The position numbers and the translations under genes were made by a program. From an uncultured candidate division Zixibacteria bacterium (lineage in GTDB: Bacteria > Zixibacteria > MSB-5A5 > UBA10806 > 4484-95): 64,000 bases of DNA. The notes under the pieces were generated by a model. It ran no database searches and had not been told where the DNA came from. It saw only the letters and a program-made list of their open reading frames with translations. The stretch covers positions 320,001-384,000 of the forward strand of contig CAXXKA010000008.1 in NCBI GenBank assembly GCA_963668625.2, given 5' to 3'. Below are positions 52,553 to 62,754 of the stretch, in pieces; position 1 is the stretch's first letter, and the number at the start of each line of letters is the position of its first letter.

Positions 52553-53004
52553 TCATATTCCTTTCAAGAATAGGAAAGTTATTTATTAATAGGGGGATAG
52601 TCAATAGAAAAGGTGATGCGGGATATTTGCGGGGGGATGTATCGGCGATGTCACCGGGGTGGGGTGTTACCTATGTACCGGGTCTGTATTAGCTAATGAT
52701 CGTATGCTTATAGCAAAGCCATCTGGCTTTGCATGTCATCCCAGCATAGGAGCCGGGATCCAGAAGGGGAAGGGAAAATACACCACCAAATCTAAAAGTC
52801 CTGCTCCCCTGATGATGAGGGCGGTATCACACCGGTAGGGTGAGCAGTATCCGCATGCTGGTTGGTTTGCGATAAATGGCACCGCAGTAAGCAGTCAGAC
52901 TAATTTCTATATAGAAATATCTAATACTAATTTCTGATTAAATCACGTAGCATTATTAACAAAGAAGCCTATAATCTTATCCACCTTACTGGTGGGTTAC
53001 CCGG

Positions 53005-53077
53005 TATATCGGAAAATATCTTTCACTAACAATTCCAAGGAGAAATTTTAAATTTATCGAAAAACACCGGACACTAG
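53005..53077 (-). mobile_element. Left part of the MITE-like element, inverted
   Basis: Reverse complement CTAGTGTCCGGTGTTTTTCG...TTGGAATTGTTAGTGAAAGATATTTTCCGATATA matches 18071-18143. Confidence 0.8.
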
Positions 53078-53343
53078 TTTTATCTTATATTGGTTAAAAT
53101 CAGACTGAATTAAGTTATTACACGTTAATAATTCGATTTAAGGAATCGAAATCAATTCTGACAAATATTATTTAAGTAATACCTAAAAGCAAAAGGGAAC
53201 TGAAATAGTTCCCTTTTGTCATCAGTTTGAGGGATCCCGTTGGGGATCCCTTGCGTGGGCGGCAGACCCAAAAGTCTGCCCCTTTAAAGCTATCCTGATT
53301 TTTGCTTTGAGGCGCTTATTTATCCAGGGGAGTAGCTTTAAAT

Positions 53344-55239
53344 TTATTTATCTCTCTTCTCGAACAGAGTTTCCGCCTGATCGACCAGGTTCTCGAAAAT
53401 CTGCAATGTATTGTTTATAACTTCGGGATCGGTCATATCAACGCCGATTTTCCTGAGTTGCTCGACCGGGTAATCGTTACCGCCCGAGCCTAAGAACTCG
53501 AGATAGTTATCGCGGAAATTCGTATCACCCGAGAGAATTCTGGCTGAAATAAGCTGGGCAGCCGCATAACTGGTAGCATACTGGTAAACATAAAAACTGC
53601 GGTAGAAATGCGAAACCCTGAGACCGCCCCAGCCTCCCCATTCATCCTGAACGAGCTCGGGCCCCCAGTATTTGGCCCTGATGTCGGTATACATTTTTTC
53701 CATCGATTCGGCTGAAAGCGCGCCGCCCTGTTCCACGGTCTCATGTATTTCTTTCTCGAACTCCGAGAACATCACCTGGAAATAGAACGTGCCGAGAATC
53801 TGCTCGATATAATGAACCAGTAGCGATAGCTCCTCATCCGGAGTAGAGGCGTTCTTAATCAGGTAATTAATCAGTATGGACTCGTTGACCGTAGAGGCCA
53901 CCTCGGCTACGAACAGGGTATAGAATGCCGTGGGGTACGGCTGATTTTCGTATGAGTAATTACGGTGAAGGGCATGTCCCATCTCATGCGCCACGGTAAA
54001 CATCTCCTCGCGGGAGTTGTTGTAGTTTAGCAAAATGAAAGGATGGGTGATATAAGTGCCCCAGCAATAACCGCCGGAATATTTACCCTGGGTTTCGTAA
54101 ACATCTATCCAGCCGCCCTCGAAACCATCCTTAAGGTCATTGATATACTTTTTACCGAGAGGTTTCAAACCCTCGAGAATAATCTGCGTGGCCTGATCGA
54201 ACTCGATCTCCTTTTTGGCATCCGGAACGAGCGGCACGGAAAGATCGTATCCGTGAATCTCATCTAAGCCCATTATTTTCTTGCGAAGAGCCACGTACTT
54301 GTGAAGAGGCTCCAGGTTGGCGTTTACGGCGTTGACCAGATTATCGTATACCTCTCTCGGAATATTATAATTATCGAGCCTGTAATCGAGACACGATTCA
54401 TAATTGCGAGCCTGAGCATAGAACCAGTCGCTATTGACCGAACTGGCAAGGGTGGCCCCGAAAGCGTTGTAATACGGCTGATAGGTATCGTTGAAAACCT
54501 TATGCGCCCGGCGACGGTAATCCCGGTCGGGTGATTCCATAATCTTGGAGAATCGTCCGCGACTTAGCTGCACCGAATCGCCGTTCTCGTCGGCAATCAT
54601 CGGGAATTTTACATCAGCCAAGTAAATCATATCGTAAATATTCTCGAAACCCTGCGTTACCGGCCCGGCCATAGCTAAAATGGCCTCCTCCTCCTCGGAA
54701 AGAATATGAGCCTTGGAACGGATAAGATCGTTGATACTGAATTCGTACGGTTTTAATGATTTCTCTTTTTTCAGGAATTTCTTGAGCTTATCATCGGGGA
54801 TTTTCAAAATTTCGGGTTCGATAAAAGCCGTAGCCGCCTCGACCTGGGCATCAAGGGCCGAAATTCGTTGCTGAAGCTCCTGGTAGAACGAAACTCGCGT
54901 ATCCTCGTGGAATTTCATGAACGAGTAAACGTATAGCGCACCCAATTTCATATTCAAGGTATCGCGAAGAGCTAAACATTCGACCAATTTCTTGCCTGAT
55001 TCACCCAGTTTTCCTTTGTACTGTTCGAGCTTGGGATAATTTTTTTCGGCATACGCGAAATCAGCATTCCAGGCTACGGTATCGGGATAGATATCCTCGA
55101 GCTTCCATTTATATTTAGCATCAATATCCTCGCGTTGAGGCACCTGGTCGTTTTGCGCGTAAGCCGCAGCAAAAGCGAAAGTTACAATTAAGGCGGTTAA
55201 TCCGATTAAACGGATCATTCGGGGCAGGGATCTGATCAT
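53344..55239 (-). CDS. pepF: Oligoendopeptidase F (M3B) with signal peptide
   Basis: KWKLEDIY, GKYSGGY, AHEMGHALH, FVAEVAST.NE, HFY..FYVYQYA. Confidence 0.93.
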   Translation of the reverse strand: MIRSLPRMIRLIGLTALIVTFAFAAAYAQNDQVPQREDIDAKYKWKLEDIYPDTVAWNADFAYAEKNYPKLEQYKGKLGESGKKLVECLALRDTLNMKLGALYVYSFMKFHEDTRVSFYQELQQRISALDAQVEAATAFIEPEILKIPDDKLKKFLKKEKSLKPYEFSINDLIRSKAHILSEEEEAILAMAGPVTQGFENIYDMIYLADVKFPMIADENGDSVQLSRGRFSKIMESPDRDYRRRAHKVFNDTYQPYYNAFGATLASSVNSDWFYAQARNYESCLDYRLDNYNIPREVYDNLVNAVNANLEPLHKYVALRKKIMGLDEIHGYDLSVPLVPDAKKEIEFDQATQIILEGLKPLGKKYINDLKDGFEGGWIDVYETQGKYSGGYCWGTYITHPFILLNYNNSREEMFTVAHEMGHALHRNYSYENQPYPTAFYTLFVAEVASTVNESILINYLIKNASTPDEELSLLVHYIEQILGTFYFQVMFSEFEKEIHETVEQGGALSAESMEKMYTDIRAKYWGPELVQDEWGGWGGLRVSHFYRSFYVYQYATSYAAAQLISARILSGDTNFRDNYLEFLGSGGNDYPVEQLRKIGVDMTDPEVINNTLQIFENLVDQAETLFEKRDK

Positions 55240-55399
55240 TTAATTCTCCTGACAAGGCAGTTCAAGGGTTCATTATTGACATAATAATACAATAACCTAT
55301 ACGAGTTTCAATGGCAAGAAGTTGCGGGAAAATAGCTATAGAATTAAACTCTAATAATCTATAGGGGGCAATCTACGGTTACTATTAAATAGCCGTCTT

Positions 55400-55606
55400 C
55401 TACTTCCGCCCCTTCTTTATTTTTTCCCTATACTCCTCATTCACATAGGTTTCTACATAGCCGCAGTCCAAGCAGCAGTAACTATCGCAGTTGGCTTTGA
55501 AAACGTACTTGTGAATCTCCGAATGATAGGCTATCGGGCCGGCGCTTAATATACGGCCTTTATCTATATCCTGACTTCCGCATCGCGGGCATTTTGTCAT
55601 AACCAT
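55400..55606 (-). CDS. Small zinc-ribbon protein
   Basis: CPRCGS...CLDCGYVE; AGGAGG RBS. Confidence 0.75.
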   Translation of the reverse strand: MVMTKCPRCGSQDIDKGRILSAGPIAYHSEIHKYVFKANCDSYCCLDCGYVETYVNEEYREKIKKGRK

Positions 55607-55779
55607 TACTACACCTCCTACTAACCAATAAACCTATATTTTGAACATATTCAAATATTAACTTGACAAACTAAACGTTAAAACGTATTTAGTATTATAA
55701 GTTTCATTATGGAGGACATTTTAATATTTATTCTGTTTAAAAGGCGGGTTTTATAGTGGTTTCATTATAGGAGAATATT

Positions 55780-57261
55780 ATGAATATCCTGTTGGTGTAT
55801 CCCCAATTCCCGGAGACTTTCTGGGGATTCAAGTACGCTCTTAAATTTATCTCCAAGAAAGCTACCGATCCACCGCTGGGGCTATTGACCGTAGCTGCCA
55901 TGCTCCCCGAATTCTGGGAGAAAAAGCTGGTCGATATGAATGTCGCGGCTCTTGGGGATGATGATTTGGAATGGGCGGACTACGTTTTTATCAGCGCCAT
56001 GTCGGTGCAACGCCAATCCGTCGAGGATATCTCAAAGAGATGCCGCAAGCTGAAAAAGACTACCGTGGCCGGCGGGCCTCTTTTCATGTCTTTCCCCGAT
56101 GATTTCCCCGAGATAGACCATCTGGTATTAAGCGAGGCGGAGAGCGCCTTACCATTGCTAATCGAGGATATAATCGCTGGCGAACTAAAACGCAAATATC
56201 ATTGCGAGGGCTTTCCCCCCACCAGCAATACCCCGGCTCCACTATGGGAGCTTATCGATATGAAAAAGTATGTCTCGATGAATATCCAGTACACGCGGGG
56301 ATGCCCGTACAACTGCGAGTTTTGCGATGTTACCAACCTGTTCGGCAGAAGGGTCAGGACGAAAACTAAAATACAAATACTGGCGGAGCTGGAGTATCTG
56401 TATTCCGTAGGCTGGCGCGGTGATCTCTCGTTCGTGGATGATAATTTTATCGGCAGCAAGCGCAAGCTAAAGGCTGAAATACTACCGGCAATAATTAGCT
56501 GGATGAAACGTCGCAACTACCCGTTCATATTTTCCACCGAGGCCACTATAACGCTGGCGGATGACGAGGAGTTGATGCGCATGATGGTCGAGGCAGGTTT
56601 CCAGAGCGTGTTTATCGGTATCGAAACACCTGAGGAATCCAGCCTGGCCGAATGTAAGAAAGTGCAAAATAAAAATCGTGATTTGATGGAGAGCGTGAGA
56701 AAAATACAGAGTTTCGGCCTGAATGTCACCGGTGGTTTCATAGTCGGATTCGATAACGATACGACAGCCGTATTCAAAAAACAGATAGATTTCATTCAGA
56801 ACAGCGGCATAGTACATGCTATGGTCGGGATTTTGAACGCGCCTAAAAACACCGCGTTGTATAAACGCCTGGTGCGTGAGAAAAGGCTGCTGGGCGAAAG
56901 CACGGGGAATAACACCGATTTTTCGACCAATTTTATTCCTAAGATGGGTTATGATACTCTGATCCAGGGGTATCGGGATGTGCTTAAAGGCATATATTCA
57001 TTCAAGCCATATTATCAGAGAGTTAAAAAGCATCTGAATGATATTAAGCCCATAAAGTTCAAACGCCCGAAAATCGATATAACTCAAATTAATGCCTTGA
57101 TTAAATCCGCCTGGCTTATAGGGATCAGGGAGAGGGGCAGACGATACTACTGGATGATGTTTTTCTGGGCGCTGTTCCGTCACCCAAGGTTATTCCCAAC
57201 TGCTATAACCTATATGATTACCGGTTATCACTTTCGAAAAATTTTCGCCAAGTATATTTGA
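55780..57261 (+). CDS. B12-binding radical SAM protein (DUF4070-type C-terminus)
   Basis: PPLGLLTVAA, GGP, RGCPYNCEFC, FVDDNF, GGFIVGFD. Confidence 0.92.
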   Translation: MNILLVYPQFPETFWGFKYALKFISKKATDPPLGLLTVAAMLPEFWEKKLVDMNVAALGDDDLEWADYVFISAMSVQRQSVEDISKRCRKLKKTTVAGGPLFMSFPDDFPEIDHLVLSEAESALPLLIEDIIAGELKRKYHCEGFPPTSNTPAPLWELIDMKKYVSMNIQYTRGCPYNCEFCDVTNLFGRRVRTKTKIQILAELEYLYSVGWRGDLSFVDDNFIGSKRKLKAEILPAIISWMKRRNYPFIFSTEATITLADDEELMRMMVEAGFQSVFIGIETPEESSLAECKKVQNKNRDLMESVRKIQSFGLNVTGGFIVGFDNDTTAVFKKQIDFIQNSGIVHAMVGILNAPKNTALYKRLVREKRLLGESTGNNTDFSTNFIPKMGYDTLIQGYRDVLKGIYSFKPYYQRVKKHLNDIKPIKFKRPKIDITQINALIKSAWLIGIRERGRRYYWMMFFWALFRHPRLFPTAITYMITGYHFRKIFAKYI

Positions 57262-57492
57262 GCTAATGTTTTATCTAAATCACCGACCTTTGCTCAGGAT
57301 GACGGGATTGATATTTTAAGATATTTGAAAAAAAGCACTACGGACTGGACAATAAAGCGTGAATAATATCAAAATAACTAACTATGTTATTCCTTGATGA
57401 TTCATTTTTTCCTTTTACGAGCAAACCAATTTATGTTATCTTCGTAGACTAAATATGCGGAAATTATAACTCATCACAAAGAGGATCTTAAA

Positions 57493-59634
57493 ATGAATAA
57501 AAAAGTGACACTGGCAGTATTATTCCCGTTCGTGGTTATTTTTCTTATAATAATGAACTGCTCCGACGGGCCGCCCTCGGGCAAGCTCAACTATCCAGAA
57601 ACCAGAACGGTAGATGTTGTCGACACGATAAATGGCACTCTCGTAGCTGATCCATATCGCTGGCTCGAGTATAATGATTCTGCCGATGTAGTCGAGTGGA
57701 GCGATGCCCAGATGAAGCTGGCGAAATGGTATATCGACCAGATCCCGGCAAAAGAGAAAATCGCCGCTCGCTTAGCCGATCTATGGGATTATCCGACTCA
57801 GGGCATTCCATACAAAACAACCAACCGTTATTTCATCTCTAAAAACATGGGGCTTCAAGAGCACTCCGTATTATATACCATGAAAACCCTCGATGAAGAA
57901 CCGGTGGTAGCTCTCGATCCGAACACCTGGAGTGAGGATGCCTCTAAAGCGATGAGCAATTACGAACCCTCCGAGGACGGCGCTTATATCGCTTATGCCG
58001 TTACCGCCCACGGGGCAGAGGTCGGTACGATTCATATAAAGAACATTATCACCGGAGAGATATTAAGAGATACTATCCCGAACGTTCGTCGCCCCGGTAT
58101 AGTCTGGCTTAAAGATAACAGCGGTTTCTATTATAACAGGCATCCCAAACCGGGCAGTGTTCCGGCCGGTGATGAGAGTTATTACGACTTTATCTATTTC
58201 CACAAGCTCGGCGATCCTTACACCGCCGACAAACTGATTTACAAGCATGATGATATCAAGGAAATCAGTTATGGCGTGAATATCTCCACGGATGATCGCT
58301 ATTTGATCTTGTCCGATTGGATAGGTCATTCCGATGAGCTGAGATTTATCGACCTACAAAAAGGCGGCGAGCCGCAGGAAATCGTAACCGGATTCAAGGG
58401 AATCTACTATGGCTTCGCTATCGGCAGCACATATTACATAATGACAAACGAGGACGCGCCTAATTACAAAATAATGGCAATCGACCTGAGAAATCCCAAG
58501 CGCGAATTCTGGAAAGAGGTCGTACCCGAGGCCGGCGACTTGCTAGAATCTTTTGCCATAGTAAATAACATGATTATCGCGCAATACCTTCACAACGCCC
58601 ACAGCCAATTGAAAGTGTTATCGCTTCACGGTGTACCCATTCACGAGATAGAGCTGCCTACCATGGGAACCGTTTCCGGTATATCGGGGAGATGGGATGA
58701 TAATGAGATGTTCGTGGGCTTCAGTTCGTTTACTTACCCGACCACGCAATATAAATACGATTTCGAGAATAACACTCTTTCGGAATACTATCGTTTCCCG
58801 GTAAAGGTAAATACCGAGGGCTACGAAACCAAACAGGTCTGGTACGAATCCAAGGACGGCACGCGTGTTTCGATGTTTATCGTGCATAAGGCGGGTTTGA
58901 AAATGAACGGTAAAAACCCGACCTACCTCACCGGCTACGGCGGATTTACATCCAACCAGGTACCGTATTTCTCCTCTACCAGGTTCGTGTTGATGGAAAA
59001 CGGTTTCGTATTCGCCCTGCCTAATCTTCGCGGGGGAGCAGAGTACGGCGAGAAATGGCATCGCGCGGCCATGCAGGAAAACAAGCAGAACACTTTCGAT
59101 GATTTCATAGCTGCGGCCGAGTACTTGATCGACCAGGGATATACCTCGCCGGAGCATCTGGCTATAGAGGGTGGATCCAACGGTGGTTTGCTGACAGGAG
59201 CTTGCGCGGTACAGCGGCCCGATCTGTTCAGAACAGTGTATATCGGCGCGCCTCTTCTGGATATGGTACGTTATCATAAATTCCTGATGGCTCGTTACTG
59301 GATACCTGAATACGGCGATCCCGATAACCCGGAACATCTGCCGTTTATGCTGAACTGGTCACCATATCATAACGTGAAAGATAACGTGGCATATCCGTCG
59401 ATGCTTATAACCGCCAGCGAAACCGATCCCCGCGTTCACCCGATGCATGCCCGCAAGTTCGGCGCGGCCATACAGGCGGCCAACACATCCGATAATCCGA
59501 TTCTAATAATGGTAGACCGAGATAAAGGCCATGGCTGGGATTTATCCACCAGTAAAACTCTCGAGGATTTATCCTACAGGTACGCGTTCCTGTTCTGGCA
59601 GTTGGGGGTTAAGGTCTCCGTTGGTGGTGAATAG
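57493..59634 (+). CDS. Prolyl oligopeptidase (S9A), probably a lipoprotein
   Basis: DPYRWLE, YGGF, RGG.EYGE.WH, GGSNGG catalytic Ser, D.RV, GHG; IIMNC lipobox-like. Confidence 0.93.
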   Translation: MNKKVTLAVLFPFVVIFLIIMNCSDGPPSGKLNYPETRTVDVVDTINGTLVADPYRWLEYNDSADVVEWSDAQMKLAKWYIDQIPAKEKIAARLADLWDYPTQGIPYKTTNRYFISKNMGLQEHSVLYTMKTLDEEPVVALDPNTWSEDASKAMSNYEPSEDGAYIAYAVTAHGAEVGTIHIKNIITGEILRDTIPNVRRPGIVWLKDNSGFYYNRHPKPGSVPAGDESYYDFIYFHKLGDPYTADKLIYKHDDIKEISYGVNISTDDRYLILSDWIGHSDELRFIDLQKGGEPQEIVTGFKGIYYGFAIGSTYYIMTNEDAPNYKIMAIDLRNPKREFWKEVVPEAGDLLESFAIVNNMIIAQYLHNAHSQLKVLSLHGVPIHEIELPTMGTVSGISGRWDDNEMFVGFSSFTYPTTQYKYDFENNTLSEYYRFPVKVNTEGYETKQVWYESKDGTRVSMFIVHKAGLKMNGKNPTYLTGYGGFTSNQVPYFSSTRFVLMENGFVFALPNLRGGAEYGEKWHRAAMQENKQNTFDDFIAAAEYLIDQGYTSPEHLAIEGGSNGGLLTGACAVQRPDLFRTVYIGAPLLDMVRYHKFLMARYWIPEYGDPDNPEHLPFMLNWSPYHNVKDNVAYPSMLITASETDPRVHPMHARKFGAAIQAANTSDNPILIMVDRDKGHGWDLSTSKTLEDLSYRYAFLFWQLGVKVSVGGE

Positions 59635-59669
59635 AAATATAACACACTATTTCGATTATTGAATTACTG

Positions 59670-59702
59670 ACCGCCGGATTTATGCGCTATCCGGCGGTTT
59701 TA
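59670..59702. terminator. Hairpin terminator between convergent genes
   Basis: ACCGCCGGAT-N9-ATCCGGCGG-TTTT. Confidence 0.7.
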
Positions 59703-60534
59703 TTTTGCCAGCTCGCGCAGGTCTTGAAACTCGTTGCCCGGTTTATTCAGGTACACCACGACATCATTCACTTTATAGCGCAAACTCACACCTTCTTGAG
59801 TTTTCTCTTCTCTGTGTTCCATGTCGCCGGCTTTTATCTTTTGTAGCGCGGAATAAGCTTGTCGAATAAATTCGACCGGCACGGGATAAGTGCTGTGACA
59901 AGAATAGATGGCATTTATCTCATCTGTTCTCTCGCTCAGTTTTTTTAACGATAGCAGGTAATCATCCAGGCTCGATTCGGCATATTGTATATAAAGCGGC
60001 CCGTTAAAAAGTAAATCGCCGCAAAATAATATACCGGTTTTTATGGTCCAGAAATGACATGCCGCCCTCTGTGTGCCCCGGCGTAGCTATTGCCTCCAGG
60101 CGATGATCGCCCGCCGGAAATATATCACCCTCGCTAATTATGAAATCAGGCTTTTTACCTATCACGCGGTATTCCGATGGATCGAACCCTTTAGGGAAAT
60201 CGACACCGTACTCGTGCATATAACTTATGTATGTATTACGGAGGGCGCTGTTTGGCATCTCTTTTGCAGCCAACTCTTTCTCTTTCGCCGATATGCCGAT
60301 TTGATCGAACTGAGAATTCCCGCCTATATGATCGAAATGCCAGTGAGTGTTCAACACCATGATATCCTCATGGGATATCGGCTCGATAGCTTTCTTGATA
60401 TCGCTTAACCCGGTGCCGGTATCGATCATGATAGATTTATCATCCCCATTTACGAGAAAGCATCGTACATGCTTAGGCTCATCGATAAGGTACACGTCTT
60501 TTTCTATCTCGACTATCTTATACCATTGTGACAT
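59700..60534 (-). pseudogene. MBL-fold metallo-hydrolase split by a one-base frameshift near 60030
   Basis: THWHFDHIGG and TPGHT in 60004-60534; the alternative frame continues ILFCGDLLF..SLKKL..YSCH into ORF 59700-59882. Confidence 0.8.
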
Positions 60535-60583
60535 AGTATCCCCGTGGTTTTTGGTTGCTCGTTTCTTGAGAGGAATCTCGTTA

Positions 60584-60832
60584 TTAATGTTTTTCGCGCT
60601 CTTGTTTTAGTTTCTCCTCTCCCGCTGAGGTCATCCGGTATAACTCTTCATCCCCCTGTTTTTCGACCAGTCCGTGAATATTAAGTTCACGGATAGTACT
60701 TCTCACCTTGTACAAGGGGTGTTCGGTGCGATCGCGAATATGCTCCGGTTTGATCGTCCGATCAGCCATTGCCGACAATATATCCACGGCCACGAAACTC
60801 AAGCTGCCATCAGGTTTTATGCAAGCCATCAT
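60584..60832 (-). CDS. Small winged-helix-like protein (MACxxPDG family), copy 1
   Basis: MACIKPDGS...PLYKVRSTIREL...GLV....Y.MT.AG; paralog of 62139-62354. Confidence 0.75.
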   Translation of the reverse strand: MMACIKPDGSLSFVAVDILSAMADRTIKPEHIRDRTEHPLYKVRSTIRELNIHGLVEKQGDEELYRMTSAGEEKLKQEREKH

Positions 60833-61192
60833 ACACTCTCGAGTATTAATCCTGATTTACATAATTTCGGGTTGTTATTCAATAATTACACTATGATAAA
60901 CTAAATATAAATATATATCCATGTACGTATAGGACAATTTTTTTATTTTGAGGAATAGGTACAATACTTTTTTATCAACTTCAAGGGATATTCCGAACAG
61001 AATCATTCATATAGTTTCACATATAGTATTCCTTTAAATGGGGATGGTGTATTCGTAGTATCCTGGTAATTCATGATTGTATAAGCTTTATTTTCAACCC
61101 TGTGGTAGTAGTGCCCCAAACAGAAACGACCTGCTTCTAAGATCCATGCGCTGATAGACCAAGCTGGCTAAAGGTTCATTTTAAAAACTATA

Positions 61193-61221
61193 TTGACATC
61201 ATTTTTCCGGTAAACTATACT
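61193..61221 (+). promoter_or_regulatory. Near-consensus sigma70 promoter
   Basis: TTGACA-N17-TATACT upstream of 61279. Confidence 0.7.
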
Positions 61222-61278
61222 TTTGGAAACAAGTGTAGTGAAATTATATTCTAATCATTCCAATTTCAAGGGATTAAT

Positions 61279-62040
61279 ATGAAAAAGGGATACATTCTAA
61301 CTATCGGTTCTATTGTGTCGGCGATCCTACTTATAACATTAGGACTCCTACAAATGAACGATTCGAAGATTTTACAGCTTCCATCTCAATGGTTGGCTAT
61401 AATCATTTTGCCGGTTCTTATCGCCTTGCTCGTGGGGGGATTCATAACGCGTTTCAAAGGTTTCGGAGTTGAATTGGAGTCCTCACTCAAAACGCCGGTT
61501 GCGACACTCAACCTGACCGCCTCAGATGCTGTTGCCGATATTCTCGGTGATGAAAAGCAAAGCATGAATTATTTGAGTGGATTATCTGTCGATAAAAAAT
61601 CCGAAACGCGCTGGCTTATGTTCAGGTCCGGCAAAAAGAATTTCTACACGCTAAACGGTGTTATAGGCTATATGCATGAATTTCCGAATTTGGAATATTT
61701 GGAAATTAAATCCGAGGCCGGGGAAATTATTTGTTTGCTGCCGACTTCCGTGTTCGGTAATTCGGTACAACTTCATCGAGGGGATGTTAATCGGGAAAAT
61801 CTCAAGAGATTTATCAAGGCTATCGAAAATGACAACGTACCCGAAGAATTTCCGGACACGGCAATAACGCTAAAAATTTCAAGCGAAAACGATCTGGTCA
61901 ATGTTCTGAAGCAATTGAGAAACGAAAAAGCGGATTTCGCTGCCGTCGTATCTCCAAAAGGGAAATATCTCGGGGTTATATTCGCCAATGAAGTGGAAAG
62001 AAAAATAGCTGATTCGGTGTTGACGGCAAAAACAACTTAG
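61279..62040 (+). CDS. Membrane-anchored hypothetical protein with a CBS-like C-terminus
   Basis: Two N-terminal TM helices, FKGFGVELE, AAVV...GKYLGVI. Confidence 0.65.
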   Translation: MKKGYILTIGSIVSAILLITLGLLQMNDSKILQLPSQWLAIIILPVLIALLVGGFITRFKGFGVELESSLKTPVATLNLTASDAVADILGDEKQSMNYLSGLSVDKKSETRWLMFRSGKKNFYTLNGVIGYMHEFPNLEYLEIKSEAGEIICLLPTSVFGNSVQLHRGDVNRENLKRFIKAIENDNVPEEFPDTAITLKISSENDLVNVLKQLRNEKADFAAVVSPKGKYLGVIFANEVERKIADSVLTAKTT

Positions 62041-62088
62041 CCAACAATCACACTCTTCAATACCTCAATAAGAAAAGGTTATCGTTTT

Positions 62089-62122
62089 AAAAATGGCGGA
62101 ATTACCTCCCGCCATTTATTTT
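62089..62122. terminator. Bidirectional terminator
   Basis: AAAATGGCGGA...CCGCCATTT hairpin between convergent genes. Confidence 0.65.
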
Positions 62123-62138
62123 GAGGTATATCAGTCGA

Positions 62139-62354
62139 TCAAAGTTTTGCCAGGCCGGCCTCGGTAACGCGATAGTTATCGCCATCTCGTGCGACGAGAT
62201 CGGCCTCGACCATCTCCCTTAGCGAGGAGCGAATTTTAAACAGCGGTTGTCCCGCCGCCATCGAGGCCTCCTCCGGAGTTTTCGCCTCCCTGAGAACCTC
62301 CAGCATCTTTTTAGCAGCTTCGGTGATACTGCCATCCGGACGTACACAAGCCAT
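62139..62354 (-). CDS. Small winged-helix-like protein (MACxxPDG family), copy 2
   Basis: MACVRPDGS...PLFKIRSSLREM...LV....YRVTEAG; AAGGA RBS. Confidence 0.8.
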   Translation of the reverse strand: MACVRPDGSITEAAKKMLEVLREAKTPEEASMAAGQPLFKIRSSLREMVEADLVARDGDNYRVTEAGLAKL

Positions 62355-62380
62355 TTTCTTAATCCTTTATTCTTTTTCTT

Positions 62381-62697
62381 ACCTGCACGCGGACAAGAAA
62401 GTCCGCTCATTTACGATAACTACCAACCAAGCAAACCTGGAAGCTGGCGGACATACTCGGGCTGTCCTAAAAGTACGGTTCCTGTGGCCGGCGGACACGG
62501 CTTCCGTTTGCAGGTATACCGGTCTGGCGGCACCCGGTCAAGCTCGGAACCACGCCAACCAAACTAATTTGAAAGGCGGTTCATTACTACACAACCGGTT
62601 GACTGACAGGTGCAGTCTTGTTATCCCGGTAGCGGGCTAATTCAAGATCAGCCCGTTACCTCTCCTGCTTGTCGGCGGAGCGATCTTAGGTCGTTCC
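62381..62697. repeat. GC-rich intergenic cluster of palindromes
   Basis: GCGGAC-AAGAAA-GTCCGC, GGTAGCGGGCT...AGCCCGTTACC, GGAGCGATC-TTAG-GTCGTTCC. Confidence 0.5.
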
Positions 62698-62754
62698 AAG
62701 CGAAAATTCATGAATATAACCGGAGATTAATTTCCGGCTATTGCCATTCGTTTA

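Noticed and set aside
58618-59337. 239-aa minus-strand ORF
   Set aside because: Shadow of the prolyl oligopeptidase gene
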